Assembly: GCA_903859265.1 (NCBI GenBank)
Contig: CAIOLZ010000304.1
Coordinates: forward strand, 1 to 35,789
Direction of reading: 5' to 3'
DNA length: 35,789 bases
DNA from: an uncultured beta proteobacterium
GTDB lineage: Bacteria; Pseudomonadota; Gammaproteobacteria; Burkholderiales; Burkholderiaceae_C
Part shown: positions 7,676 to 18,116 of the stretch, in pieces
Position numbering within the stretch: the first letter of the stretch is position 1
Layout: each line of letters starts with the position of its first letter
Made by a program: the position numbers and the translations under genes
The notes under the pieces: model-generated
Told to the model about the DNA's origin: nothing
Seen by the model: the letters and a program-made list of their open reading frames with translations, nothing else
Database searches by the model: none

Positions 7676-8425
7676 ATGCCCGCGCTCACCTTGTTGCAAT
7701 TGCAGGAGAAGGTGCGCCTGGCGCGCATCGAACTACAGGGTTTGCACCAGCAAATCGCCGATTTGCGCGTCGCCCTGGACGCGGACCTTGGTCGTCAGTT
7801 GCTGCGGGCCAACGAACAACTGCTGCTCGCAGCGCTGGACGCAGAAACCACTGCCCAGGTCGCCACCCACAAGCTTGACCTGCTTGCCAGGAACAGCCAG
7901 CGTGACGAACTTACCGATACGCCCAACCGCGCCTTGCTGCTGGACCGGCTGGAGAGCGCCATCACGCTGGCGCAGCGCCGCACCACGCGCTGCGCGGTGG
8001 TGTTTGTGGATATTGACCATTTCAAGAAGATCAACGACACGCTGGGCCATGCGGCTGGTGACGGGGTGCTGCAAATGGTGGCACGCCGGCTGGAGGCTGC
8101 TGTGCGCGATTCGGATGCGGTGGGGCGCCATGGCGGGGATGAGTTTCTGGTGTTGCTGGCTGAAGTGTCAAAAATGGGCGATGCGGATCACATCGTGCGC
8201 AAGATGATTGCCGACATTGCCGCTCCCGCTTTGGTGGGAGGCCATGTGCTGCACGTCTCGGTCAGCGTGGGCATTGCCATGTATCCCGACGATGCGGCGG
8301 ATGCCACGGCCCTGATCGGACTGGCCGACGCCGCCATGTACCGGTCCAAGCGCCGCGGCGGCGGAAGTTTCACGTTTCATGGCGAGAAATCCGGTGCCGA
8401 CGGGGCGCCCAGCGGCCTGACCTGA
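7676..8425 (+). CDS. Diguanylate cyclase (coiled coil plus GGDEF)
   Basis: DELTDTPNR, DIDHFKKINDTLGHAAGD, RDSD I-site five residues before an intact GGDEF, ADAAMYRSK. Confidence 0.95.
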   Translation: MPALTLLQLQEKVRLARIELQGLHQQIADLRVALDADLGRQLLRANEQLLLAALDAETTAQVATHKLDLLARNSQRDELTDTPNRALLLDRLESAITLAQRRTTRCAVVFVDIDHFKKINDTLGHAAGDGVLQMVARRLEAAVRDSDAVGRHGGDEFLVLLAEVSKMGDADHIVRKMIADIAAPALVGGHVLHVSVSVGIAMYPDDAADATALIGLADAAMYRSKRRGGGSFTFHGEKSGADGAPSGLT

Positions 8426-8434
8426 AGGAGGTAA

Positions 8435-8448
8435 GTGGGTTCGCGTAC
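8435..8448 (+). promoter_or_regulatory. GTNCG-N4-CGNAC box upstream of cyclic glucan synthase; -10 TACTCT at 8471-8476
   Basis: GTGGG-TTCG-CGTAC-AGAC; 22 bp to the hexamer. Confidence 0.75.
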
Positions 8449-8504
8449 AGACCCCCGTCGGGGGAAAACCTACTCTGGCAATACGCTCCCTAAGGAAATT
8501 TCGA

Positions 8505-11500
8505 TTGAAGCATCGCATCCAGACCGTGCGGGCGGCCTTGCTGCGCGCCGCACAGCCATTTTTCACGCATTGGGCCGCTCAGCCGGTGATCGCTGAGGTG
8601 CCGTTGCGCGCTGAACTGTTCAGCGCCGACCAGATGGAACGCCATGGCAAGACCCTGGCCCAGCAGCATCGTTTGAGCGTGGGCCCCGGGCATGACCAAT
8701 TGCTGATGCGCCTTGGCGACAACCAGCTGGTCTTGCAGTCGGCCTGCACGCTGCTGCTGGAGTCGGTGCGCCAGTCTCGGCGCATTACGCCGGCCGGCGA
8801 GTGGCTGCTGGACAATTTCTACCTGATTGAAGAGCAGATTCGCATTGCGCGGGCGCACTTTTCCAGGCGCTACGGCCGCGAGCTTCCCGTGTTGGCCAAC
8901 GGCCCCTCCAAGGGTTTGGCCCGGGTCTATGACATCGCGCTCGAGGTAATCACCCATGGCGACGGGCGGGTTGACCCGGAGAATCTGAACCGTTTTGTGG
9001 CGGCTTACCAGGGCGTGTCTTCGCTCACGCTGGGTGAGCTGTGGGCCATACCGATCATGCTGCGTCTGGCCTTGATTGAAAATCTGCGCCGGATCAGTGC
9101 GCGTCTGGCGCAAAGCATGGTCGATCGCAACCGCGCCAGCTCCTGGGCCGAGCAGATGTTGCAAGTGGCAGAGCAGGACCCCAAGAGCCTGATACTGGTG
9201 ATTTCTGACATGGCCCGTGCCAGTCCGGTGCTGGTGAACGCTTTTGTGGCGGAACTGGCCAGGCAACTGCAAGGCCATAGTTCTGCCCTTGCCTTGCCAC
9301 TGACATGGATTTCCCAGCGCCTGTCGGAGTCGGACCTGACGATCGAACAGATGGTGCAAGCGGAAACACAGAGCCAGGCCATCAACCAGGTGTCAATCAG
9401 CAACAGCATTGCCAGCCTTCGGCTGCTCAGCGCGACAGACTGGCGTGAGTTTGTCGAATCCATGAGCGATGTGGAGCGCACCTTGCGCCAGGACCCGCAG
9501 GGCGTTTACGCACGCATGGACTTCGACACCCGTGACCAGTACCGCCATGTGGTGGAAGAGATCGCCCGGCACGGCGGCATGACAGAGAGCCAAGTGGCTC
9601 GCCATGCCGTGCAACTGGCCCAGGACGCCGGACACACCCGGGCGCCCGATGCGCAGCCCGGTGCGACGGTCCAGGAACATGTGGGCTACTACCTGGTCGG
9701 CGCGGGCCTGCCCGTCCTGGAGCTGGCCGCAGGGGCGCAATATGGATGGCTGACGTCCTTCAGACGTTGGGCTGCCCTGCGCCCGGTGCTGTTGTATCTG
9801 GCAGGCATTGCGCTGCTCACACTGGCAGTGACGGCTTCACTGTTGCAAATGGCATGGGGTCAAGGATTGGCACGCTGGCAATGGTGGCTGGCGGTCCCGG
9901 CTGCGCTGCTGGCCTGCAGCCAGTTGGCAGTAACCTTTCTGAACTGGGCTGCCACGCGGTATGTCAAGCCCCACATGTTGCCGCGGATGGATTTTTCGCA
10001 TGGCATTGCACAGAGCGCGCGAACGCTGGTAGTGGTGCCGACGATGTTGAATACGCCAGACGGCGTGCGCCAACTGGTGGAAGCACTGGAAGTGCGTTAC
10101 CTGGCCAATCAAGACCCGCACCTGCACTTTGGCCTGCTGACGGACTGGGTGGATGCGGCCACCGAAAAATGCCCGCAAGACGCGTCGCTGCTGGCGCTCG
10201 CCAGCGATGGCATTGCGTCCCTGAACCGCAAATATCCCGGCGCATTCAAGGACACGTTTTTCCTGTTCCACCGGGCACGCCAGTGGAACCCCCGGGAACG
10301 TTTGTGGATGGGCTATGAGCGCAAACGCGGCAAGCTCGGAGCGCTCAACGCCTTGTTGCGCGCCAACCCTGCGCCCGGATTTGCGCTGGTGGTCGGCAAC
10401 ACGGTGCATTTGCAGCAGGTGCGCTACGTGATCACGCTCGACACCGATACCCAGTTGCAGCGCGATACGGCGTCCAAGTTTGCCGCCGCCATGGCGCACC
10501 CGCTGAACCGGCCGGTGCTGGACGCAAAAGGCCAGTGCGTCATCGCCGGCTACGGCATCCTGCAGCCGCGCATGGCAGTCAGCCTGCAAAGTACCAACCG
10601 CTCCCGCTATGCGCGCCTGATGGGCAGCGAAGCGGGCGTCGATCCCTACACCCGCACCGTGTCCGATGTTTATCAGGACCTGTTCCATGAGGGCTCGTTC
10701 ATCGGCAAGGGGATCTATGACGTGGACGCTTTCGAGAGCGCTCTCAAGGGGCGCTTTCCGGAAAACCGCATCCTCAGCCATGACCTGCTGGAGGGTTGCT
10801 ACGTTCGGTCAGGCCTGCTCAGCGATGTTCAGCTGTACGACGATTACCCGGCACGCTATGACAGCGATGTCAAACGCCGCAGCCGCTGGACCCGTGGCGA
10901 CTGGCAGATTGCGTCCTGGCTATTGCCGCGGGTTCCGGTGGCAGTGGGACCGAGGCAGAAGAATCCACTGAGTCTGCTTTCCCAATGGAAAATACTCGAC
11001 AACCTGCGCCGCAGTCTGGTTGCGGCGAGCATGCTGGTTCTTTTTGTCTTGGGCTGGACCTGCCTTGTGCATCCGCTGCTCTGGACAGCAGGGCTGGTGG
11101 GACTTTTGCTGCTGGTCCCGGTCGTCGGCAGTGCTGCCGAACTGTTGCACAAGCCGACCGGTCTGTCCTGGCTGCAGCATGTCAGCATCACGCTGGCCGC
11201 ATTGGTCAAACAGGGGGCGCAGACCGCGCTGGCATTGGCCGTGATGCCCCATGAAGCATGGTTCAGCCTGGCGGCCATTGTGCAAACGAACGCCCGCCTG
11301 TTTTTTACCCAGCGTCGGCTGCTGGAATGGCAGCATTCCGATTCGGCGGCGCTGGCGGGCATCGCGGTGGATCAGGCGGCCGGCCCGGTGCCGGGAGACT
11401 GGAGAGACCTGCTTGGCAGCATTTGCCGCATGGCGGCAGCACCACTGATGTCGCTGGGCACGGCACTGGCCGTGTTGGTGTTGAATCCGCAGTCCGCATG

Positions 11501-14500
11501 GGTAGCACTGCCGGTGCTATTGCTGTGGCTGGCAGCACCGGTACTGGCGTGGTGGCTCAGCCGAGTGCTGGTGCAAAGCGCAGCTCCGTTGAATGCCGAG
11601 CAGTCGTTTTTTATTCGCCGCCTGGCACGCCGCACCTGGACCTATTTCGAGCAGTTTGTGTCGGTTCAAGACCATTGGCTGGCGCCCGACAACTACCAGG
11701 AACACCCGATTGCGGTGCTGGCGCATCGCACCTCCCCCACCAACATGGGATTGTCGTTGCTGGCCAATGTGTCGGCCTATGACTTTGGATACATCAGCGC
11801 CGGCCGATTGCTCGACCGCACTGCCAACAGCCTGCAAAGCATGCAGCAGCTTGAACGCCACGCCGGTCATTTTTTCAACTGGTACGACACGCTGACGATG
11901 GCGCCGCTGTTGCCGCGCTATTTGTCGTCGGTCGATAGCGGCAATTTGTCTGGCCACCTGCTGACTTTGCGTGCGGCAATTCTGATGCTGGCTGATGAAC
12001 CTGTTCTCCACCCGCGTGCCTTTCACGGCATGGTCGATGCGCTGGGCAACCTCACGCAGTGCTTACCACCCGTGGCGGGCGCGCCACTGGTGCAGATGCT
12101 GGGGCAACTGACGCAAAGCCTGCAAGCAGCATGCGACGCCGGTGTCACAACGCTGGCACAGGCCTCGCAGCAACTCGACAGCACCCAAAAGCAATGCGCG
12201 GCCGTGCTGCTGGCCGTCCAGGGCGATGCGGCTGCCGCGGTCGATGCCGAGGTGGGCCTTTGGGCGCAACGCCTCTTGGACCAGTGCCATGAATTAAAGG
12301 CCGATTTGGCCAGCCTCCAGTCCGCCTTGCCGACCACGCTGGCGGGCGCTTCTGAAAAGATTCCCACCTTGCGTGATCTGGCCAATGCCGGCCAGGGGCA
12401 AGCGCAGCTGCGCATGGCCCGCATGGAAGTTCTGGCACGCCAGTGCGCAGCCCTGGCAAGTGCGGACTACAGCTTCCTGTATGACGCCACACGCCACCTG
12501 ATTGCCGTCGGCTACAACGTTGACGAGCACCGCCGCGACAGCAGTTTCTACGATCTGCTGGCCAGCGAGTCACGGCTTTGCAGCTTTGTAGCCATTGCAC
12601 AGGGCGAGGTACCGCAGGACAACTGGTTCGCACTGGGGCGCTTGCTCACCACCGCCGGCAAGAGCGCGGCACTGCTGTCCTGGAGCGGCTCCATGTTTGA
12701 GTACCTGATGCCGAACCTGGTCATGCCGCTGTATGCCAACACACTGCTGGACCAGACCTGCAAGGCGGTGGTGCAGGCACAGATCGCCTATGGTGACCAG
12801 CGTGGCGTGCCCTGGGGCATTTCAGAGTCGGGCTACAACACGGTGGACGCGGCGCTGAACTACCAGTACCGCGCCTTTGGCGTGCCGGGACTGGGACTCA
12901 AGCGCGGCCTGTCGGATGATCTGGTCATCGCACCCTACGCGACTGCGCTGGCCCTGATGGTTTTTCCCGACGCGGCATGCCGCAACCTCAAGCGCCTGGT
13001 GCAGGATGGTCTGCTGGGAAACTTTGGTTTGTACGAGGCGATTGACTACACGCCGGCCCGCCTGCCACATGGTCAGACCGGGGCCCTGGTGCGCTCCTAC
13101 ATGGCGCACCACCAAGGCATGAGTCTGCTTGCGTTTTCCTCGGTTTTGCTGGACCAGCCGATGCAAAAACGCTTCGTCAGTGACCCCCTGTTTCAGGCCA
13201 CTGCATTGTTGTTGCAGGAACGCATTCCCAATGCTTCGGTGTTCCATGCGCGTGCGCCGGAGTTGCCGGAGATCCACAGAAGCAGTCTGAGCCAGGCCAA
13301 TGTGCCCCGCGTGCTGCGCAACCCCAATGGAACGCCCGAGGTGCATCTGCTGTCCAACGGCCGCTACCACGTCATGGTGAGCCAGTCCGGCGCCGGTTAC
13401 AGCCGCTGGAAGGATCTGGCAGTGACCCGGTGGCGCGAAGACGCAACGCGCGACCAGTGGGGGTCATTTTGCTATTTGCGTGACGCCGACAGCGGTGCCT
13501 TGTGGTCCGCGACACACCAGCCCACGCTGCAGCACAGCGACAGTTACGAGGCCATTTTTACCGAGGGACGCGCCGAGTTCCGGCGCCGTGACAACGGCTT
13601 TGAAACGCATACTGAAATCGTGGTGTCGCCGGAAGAAGACATCGATCTTCGCCGCACCCGCATCACCAACCGCACGCGCACGGTGCGCACCATCGAGATC
13701 ACGAGCTATGCCGAGGTAGTGCTTGCCCCGGCTGCGAGCGACACCCTGCACCAGGCGTTCAGCAACCTGTTTGTGCAGACGGAAATCGTGCGCGAGCGGC
13801 AGGCCATTCTTTGCCACCGCCGGCCACGGTCAGATGCTGAGCCGCCGGTCTGGATGTTTCACCTGATGGCTGCCCACGGTGCAGATGTCCAGACCACGTC
13901 CTATGAGACCGACCGCATGGCATTCATAGGCCGCACGCAAACGTTGGAAATGCCACTGGCCCTGTGCAGTGAAGCCTTGCTGGGAGACTCGCAGGGACCG
14001 GTCCTCGATCCGATCGTAGCGATTCGCCAGCGCATCACCTTGCAGCCGCAGCAGACCGTGACGCTGGACATCGTGACCGGGGTGGCGGAACAGCGCACGC
14101 AGGCCATACAGTTGATCGACAAGTTCCGGGACATGCACCTGGCGGATCGCGTGTTTGGCCTGGCCACGACCCATGCATGGGTCAATCTGCAGCAGATCAA
14201 TGCATCCGAGGCGGACGCGCAACTGTTTGCGCGTCTGGCGGGCTCCGTGATCTACCTCAACCCGGCGCAGCGCGCGCAGCCATCGGTGCTCGGCCACAAC
14301 CGGCGCGGGCAGTCCGGTCTTTGGGGCTACGGCGTATCGGGTGACCTGCCAATCGTGTTGTTGCAGATCAGCAGCGCCGACAACATCGAACTGGTGCGGC
14401 AGATGGTGCAGGCCCATGCCTACTGGCGGCTCAAGGGTTTGGTCGTGGACCTCGTTATCTGGAACGAAGACTATGCCGGCTACCGCCAGACGCTGCAAGA

Positions 14501-17213
14501 GCAAATCATGGGGCTGATCGCCGCGGGTATCGAGGCCAATCTGACCGACCGCCCCGGTGGAATTTTTGTCCGTTCGTCAGAGCATATGCCAGCCGAAGAC
14601 CGCACCCTGTTTCAGGCGGTGGCACGGGTCATCATTTCAGACAGCCAGGGAACGCTGAAAAGTCAGGCCGGTCGCCACCTGGCGCGGGAGTCTCGGGCCA
14701 TGCCACCGCAGTTGACCGGATTGGCGGGCCCTGCAACGCAGAGCGCCGGTGCGACGGCCAAGCCCATCACCGAGAGCGGCCAAGGACTGCAATTTTTCAA
14801 TGGTCTGGGTGGATTTTCAGCCGATGGTCGGGAGTACGTGACGACGACAACGGTCAGTGCGGGACTGGCGCAGCGAACCACGCCGATGCCATGGGTCAAT
14901 GTGATTGCCAATGCCCGGTTCGGAACCGTGATTTCTGAAAGCGGCAGCGCCTACACATGGAGTGAAAACGCGCACGAATTCCGTTACACACCCTGGAACA
15001 ACGATGCCGTGAGCGACACACCTGGCGAGGCCATCTATCTGCGTGACGAGGAGACCGGCGGCTTCTGGTCGCCTACCTTCCTGCCCTGTGGTGGTGATGG
15101 CGTCCATGTCACGCGCCACGGTTTTGGCTACAGCATTTTTGAACATACGCAGGACGGCATTTCCAGTGAGCTCACGGTTTTTGTGGATGTGGCGGCAGCC
15201 ATCAAATTTTCCCAATTGCGCCTGCGCAACCTCTCGGGGCGCACTCGCAAGCTTTCTGCCACCGGCTATGTGGAATGGGTGCTCGGTGACGTGCAAGGCA
15301 AATCGTCCATGCATGTGAGCACCGAGACCGATCCCATTAGCGGCGCGATTCTGGCGCGCAACGCCTACAGCCAGGAGTTTGGCGACCGGATGGCATTTTT
15401 CGATGCCGATGGTTCTACGCTGGCCCGGGGTGTCAGCATCAGTGGCGATCGCCGCGAGTTCCTGGGGCGCAACGGAACCTTGCGCAATCCGGCGGCCATG
15501 CGTCGGGTGGCATTGTCCAATCGCGTAGGACCCGGGCTTGATCCCTGTGCGGCCGTGCAAGTACCGTTCGAGCTGGCTGACGGTGAGGAACGCGTGGTGA
15601 TATTCCGGCTGGGGGCTGCCGGACGGCGCGGCATGGACGACGCGCGCCTGATGGTGGAGCACATACGCCAGCCGCATGCGGTGCAGGGCTCGCTCGATGC
15701 AGTGCATGCCTACTGGTCGCAGACGCTGGGCGTTGTCCAGGTCCGCACGCCGGACCCTGCACTCGATCTGCTGGCCAATGGCTGGCTGCTTTACCAGACC
15801 CTGGCGTGCCGTCTCTGGGCCCGCACGGGCTTTTACCAATCCGGAGGTGCTTTTGGCTTTCGCGATCAGTTGCAGGATGCCATGGCGCTGGTGCATGCTG
15901 CGCCGGGTTTGCTGCGCGAACATTTGCTGCGCTGTGCATCACGCCAGTTTGTGGAAGGTGACGTGCAGCACTGGTGGCATCCGCCACAGGGCCGCGGTGT
16001 TCGCACCCGTTGTTCGGATGACTTTCTCTGGCTGGTGCAAGCCACTTGCAGGTATGTGGTGGTGAGCGCCGATGTGTCGGTGCTGTCGCAAGCTGCACCG
16101 TTTTTGCAGGGGCGTCAGCTTGCCGTGGAGGAGGACTCCTATTACGACTTGCCGGGCGTGTCCAGCGAGCAAGCCACGCTGTACGAGCATTGTGTGCGGG
16201 CCATTCGCCACGGACTTCGCATGGGGGTCCATGGCCTGCCTTTGATGGGTTCGGGTGACTGGAACGATGGCATGAACCTGGTTGGCCTCAAGGGCAAGGG
16301 CGAAAGCGTCTGGCTGGCCTTTTTTCTGTTCGACACGCTGCAGCGTTTCAGCCCGATCGCACGCGGCTTCGGAGACCTGGCCTTTGCCGATCAATGCCTG
16401 GAAGAAGCAGCGAAGTTGCGCACCGCCATTGACCGCAACGCCTGGGACGGCGCCTGGTACAAGCGCGCCTTCTGCGATGACGGCACGGTGATTGGTTCGG
16501 CCGCCAGCGATGAATGCCAGATCGACTCGATCGCGCAGAGTTGGGCCGTGTTGTCTGGCGCGGGTGAGCCTGCGCACAACGTCGCCGCCATGCAGTCACT
16601 GGACCAGAAGCTGGTGCGGCGCGATCTTGGACTCATCGAACTGCTTACCCCGCCGTTTGATCACTCTGCGCTCAATCCCGGCTATATCAAGGGCTATCTG
16701 CCGGGCGTGCGCGAGAACGGCGGCCAATACACCCACGCAGCGATCTGGGCGGTAATGGCTTTTGCAAAACAGGGCAACGCGCGCCTGGCCTGGGAATGCT
16801 TTGACATGATCAACCCTTTGCGCCATGGCGGCACGCCGCAGCAAGTGGCCCGGTACCAGGTGGAGCCTTATGTGGTGGCCGCCGATGTGTATGCGGTGAC
16901 ACCGCATGAGGGGCGCGGGGGCTGGACCTGGTACACCGGCTCGGCAGGCTGGATGTACCGGCTGGTGCTGGAATCACTGCTGGGGCTGCAACTCGAGGGC
17001 ACGACCTTGCATGTGAGGCCATGCCTGCCAGACAGCTGGACCGGCTTTTCGCTGCAATACCGCTGGGGACGCACCGGGTACACCATCGAGGTCAAAAAGC
17101 TGCCGGGTTTGCCCGATGTGCTGGTCAGTCTCGACGGCGTGTTGCAGGACACTGCCGCGGTGTTGCTCAAGGATGATGGTGTAGCCCACGGCGTGGTGGT
17201 TCAGGTTCCCTGA
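8505..17213 (+). CDS. ndvB: Cyclic beta-1,2-glucan synthase (Cgs/NdvB/ChvB; GT84, cyclisation and GH94 domains)
   Basis: 2902 aa; EWLLDNFYLIEEQ, ERKRGKL, ITLDTDT, LSHDLLEG, SWSGSMFEYLMP, WGISES, QSGGAFGFRDQLQD, GDWNDGMN, ENGGQYTH, WYTGSAGW; TTG start after AAGGA. Confidence 0.95.
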   Translation: MKHRIQTVRAALLRAAQPFFTHWAAQPVIAEVPLRAELFSADQMERHGKTLAQQHRLSVGPGHDQLLMRLGDNQLVLQSACTLLLESVRQSRRITPAGEWLLDNFYLIEEQIRIARAHFSRRYGRELPVLANGPSKGLARVYDIALEVITHGDGRVDPENLNRFVAAYQGVSSLTLGELWAIPIMLRLALIENLRRISARLAQSMVDRNRASSWAEQMLQVAEQDPKSLILVISDMARASPVLVNAFVAELARQLQGHSSALALPLTWISQRLSESDLTIEQMVQAETQSQAINQVSISNSIASLRLLSATDWREFVESMSDVERTLRQDPQGVYARMDFDTRDQYRHVVEEIARHGGMTESQVARHAVQLAQDAGHTRAPDAQPGATVQEHVGYYLVGAGLPVLELAAGAQYGWLTSFRRWAALRPVLLYLAGIALLTLAVTASLLQMAWGQGLARWQWWLAVPAALLACSQLAVTFLNWAATRYVKPHMLPRMDFSHGIAQSARTLVVVPTMLNTPDGVRQLVEALEVRYLANQDPHLHFGLLTDWVDAATEKCPQDASLLALASDGIASLNRKYPGAFKDTFFLFHRARQWNPRERLWMGYERKRGKLGALNALLRANPAPGFALVVGNTVHLQQVRYVITLDTDTQLQRDTASKFAAAMAHPLNRPVLDAKGQCVIAGYGILQPRMAVSLQSTNRSRYARLMGSEAGVDPYTRTVSDVYQDLFHEGSFIGKGIYDVDAFESALKGRFPENRILSHDLLEGCYVRSGLLSDVQLYDDYPARYDSDVKRRSRWTRGDWQIASWLLPRVPVAVGPRQKNPLSLLSQWKILDNLRRSLVAASMLVLFVLGWTCLVHPLLWTAGLVGLLLLVPVVGSAAELLHKPTGLSWLQHVSITLAALVKQGAQTALALAVMPHEAWFSLAAIVQTNARLFFTQRRLLEWQHSDSAALAGIAVDQAAGPVPGDWRDLLGSICRMAAAPLMSLGTALAVLVLNPQSAWVALPVLLLWLAAPVLAWWLSRVLVQSAAPLNAEQSFFIRRLARRTWTYFEQFVSVQDHWLAPDNYQEHPIAVLAHRTSPTNMGLSLLANVSAYDFGYISAGRLLDRTANSLQSMQQLERHAGHFFNWYDTLTMAPLLPRYLSSVDSGNLSGHLLTLRAAILMLADEPVLHPRAFHGMVDALGNLTQCLPPVAGAPLVQMLGQLTQSLQAACDAGVTTLAQASQQLDSTQKQCAAVLLAVQGDAAAAVDAEVGLWAQRLLDQCHELKADLASLQSALPTTLAGASEKIPTLRDLANAGQGQAQLRMARMEVLARQCAALASADYSFLYDATRHLIAVGYNVDEHRRDSSFYDLLASESRLCSFVAIAQGEVPQDNWFALGRLLTTAGKSAALLSWSGSMFEYLMPNLVMPLYANTLLDQTCKAVVQAQIAYGDQRGVPWGISESGYNTVDAALNYQYRAFGVPGLGLKRGLSDDLVIAPYATALALMVFPDAACRNLKRLVQDGLLGNFGLYEAIDYTPARLPHGQTGALVRSYMAHHQGMSLLAFSSVLLDQPMQKRFVSDPLFQATALLLQERIPNASVFHARAPELPEIHRSSLSQANVPRVLRNPNGTPEVHLLSNGRYHVMVSQSGAGYSRWKDLAVTRWREDATRDQWGSFCYLRDADSGALWSATHQPTLQHSDSYEAIFTEGRAEFRRRDNGFETHTEIVVSPEEDIDLRRTRITNRTRTVRTIEITSYAEVVLAPAASDTLHQAFSNLFVQTEIVRERQAILCHRRPRSDAEPPVWMFHLMAAHGADVQTTSYETDRMAFIGRTQTLEMPLALCSEALLGDSQGPVLDPIVAIRQRITLQPQQTVTLDIVTGVAEQRTQAIQLIDKFRDMHLADRVFGLATTHAWVNLQQINASEADAQLFARLAGSVIYLNPAQRAQPSVLGHNRRGQSGLWGYGVSGDLPIVLLQISSADNIELVRQMVQAHAYWRLKGLVVDLVIWNEDYAGYRQTLQEQIMGLIAAGIEANLTDRPGGIFVRSSEHMPAEDRTLFQAVARVIISDSQGTLKSQAGRHLARESRAMPPQLTGLAGPATQSAGATAKPITESGQGLQFFNGLGGFSADGREYVTTTTVSAGLAQRTTPMPWVNVIANARFGTVISESGSAYTWSENAHEFRYTPWNNDAVSDTPGEAIYLRDEETGGFWSPTFLPCGGDGVHVTRHGFGYSIFEHTQDGISSELTVFVDVAAAIKFSQLRLRNLSGRTRKLSATGYVEWVLGDVQGKSSMHVSTETDPISGAILARNAYSQEFGDRMAFFDADGSTLARGVSISGDRREFLGRNGTLRNPAAMRRVALSNRVGPGLDPCAAVQVPFELADGEERVVIFRLGAAGRRGMDDARLMVEHIRQPHAVQGSLDAVHAYWSQTLGVVQVRTPDPALDLLANGWLLYQTLACRLWARTGFYQSGGAFGFRDQLQDAMALVHAAPGLLREHLLRCASRQFVEGDVQHWWHPPQGRGVRTRCSDDFLWLVQATCRYVVVSADVSVLSQAAPFLQGRQLAVEEDSYYDLPGVSSEQATLYEHCVRAIRHGLRMGVHGLPLMGSGDWNDGMNLVGLKGKGESVWLAFFLFDTLQRFSPIARGFGDLAFADQCLEEAAKLRTAIDRNAWDGAWYKRAFCDDGTVIGSAASDECQIDSIAQSWAVLSGAGEPAHNVAAMQSLDQKLVRRDLGLIELLTPPFDHSALNPGYIKGYLPGVRENGGQYTHAAIWAVMAFAKQGNARLAWECFDMINPLRHGGTPQQVARYQVEPYVVAADVYAVTPHEGRGGWTWYTGSAGWMYRLVLESLLGLQLEGTTLHVRPCLPDSWTGFSLQYRWGRTGYTIEVKKLPGLPDVLVSLDGVLQDTAAVLLKDDGVAHGVVVQVP

Positions 17214-17243
17214 ATGTTGGACCACGCCCGGATGTCAGACCGT

Positions 17244-18008
17244 TCAATGGTCCGACGGCGTGGTGTGCCCGCTGCGTGAAGGATGACGAATACAAATCCA
17301 TAAAAAGCGTGCGATGTCGATGGTGTAGCGGCGCACCATGCGGCGCGGCTCCAGGCCCAGGCGGTACAGCCATTCAAAGCGGATGCGCTGCACCCACTTT
17401 GGCGCGCGCCGGCTGCCCCCCGAGAGAAAGTCAAACAGCGCACCCACGCTCACCAGCAGACGGGCATCGAGCCCTCCCATGTGTTCGCGGATCCACTTTT
17501 CCTGGATCGGGTTGCCCATCGCCACCAGCACGATATCGGCGCCGGTGGCATTGATGCGGGCGCAAAGTTCCGACGGGTCACAGGTGTTGTACCCATTCGC
17601 ACAACCGACGACGCGCTGTCCGGTTTGCAGTTCGATCGCCGCGCCCGCCCGTTCTGCCACGCCGGGCTTGCCGCCCAGCAGAAAAATCTTGTAGGTTGCG
17701 GGCAATGTTTTCAGTAGCAGAGGCAGGAAGTCGGTCCCGTTGAGGTTGTCCCGGTAGCGCCTGCCATGCTGTATCAGGCTGGCAATGTCCATGCCGATAC
17801 CGTCGTTTGCGATGATCACATCGTCACTGTTGAGCCAGTGGCGCATAGGCTGGCACTGCAGTACAAAATTGGTATTGGCAAACACCAAAACGGTCTGGCG
17901 ACCGACACGGATGCGCGCTTGCAGCACGTCGCACAAATCGTTCGAAGTGGTAGAAAAAACGCGGTAGCCAGCCAGCGCAAGAGTCTCGCCATGGAGCGTG
18001 GGTTGCAT
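17244..18008 (-). CDS. gumM: WecB/TagA/CpsF (GT26) glycosyltransferase, GumM-like
   Basis: FANTNFV, NDGIGMDIAS, NLNGTDF, VAMGNPIQEKW, VGALFDF, RAPKWVQRIRFEWLYRL; start placed at ATG 18008 downstream of the predicted promoter. Confidence 0.85.
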   Translation of the reverse strand: MQPTLHGETLALAGYRVFSTTSNDLCDVLQARIRVGRQTVLVFANTNFVLQCQPMRHWLNSDDVIIANDGIGMDIASLIQHGRRYRDNLNGTDFLPLLLKTLPATYKIFLLGGKPGVAERAGAAIELQTGQRVVGCANGYNTCDPSELCARINATGADIVLVAMGNPIQEKWIREHMGGLDARLLVSVGALFDFLSGGSRRAPKWVQRIRFEWLYRLGLEPRRMVRRYTIDIARFLWICIRHPSRSGHTTPSDH

Positions 18009-18067
18009 CGGGAATCGACCGGAGGACGGTGGTGCGGCAATTTTGAAACCGGAACATTTTTCTGGCG

Positions 18068-18081
18068 GTGCGTTAGCGCAC
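18068..18081 (-). promoter_or_regulatory. GTNCG-N4-CGNAC box driving internal gumM promoter; -10-like CAAAAT at 18045-18040
   Basis: cg-GTGCG-TTAG-CGCAC-cg, perfect 7-bp arms; 22 bp to the hexamer; lies in the gumK-gumM gap. Confidence 0.8.
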
Positions 18082-18116
18082 CGGATCGGGTACCAATCGC
18101 ATGGCACAGGCCGGTT

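Noticed and set aside
8452-8464. CCCCC-gtc-GGGGG hairpin after the GGDEF gene as a terminator
   Set aside because: Only a 5-bp stem with no downstream T-run; it lies in the spacer of the predicted ndvB promoter.
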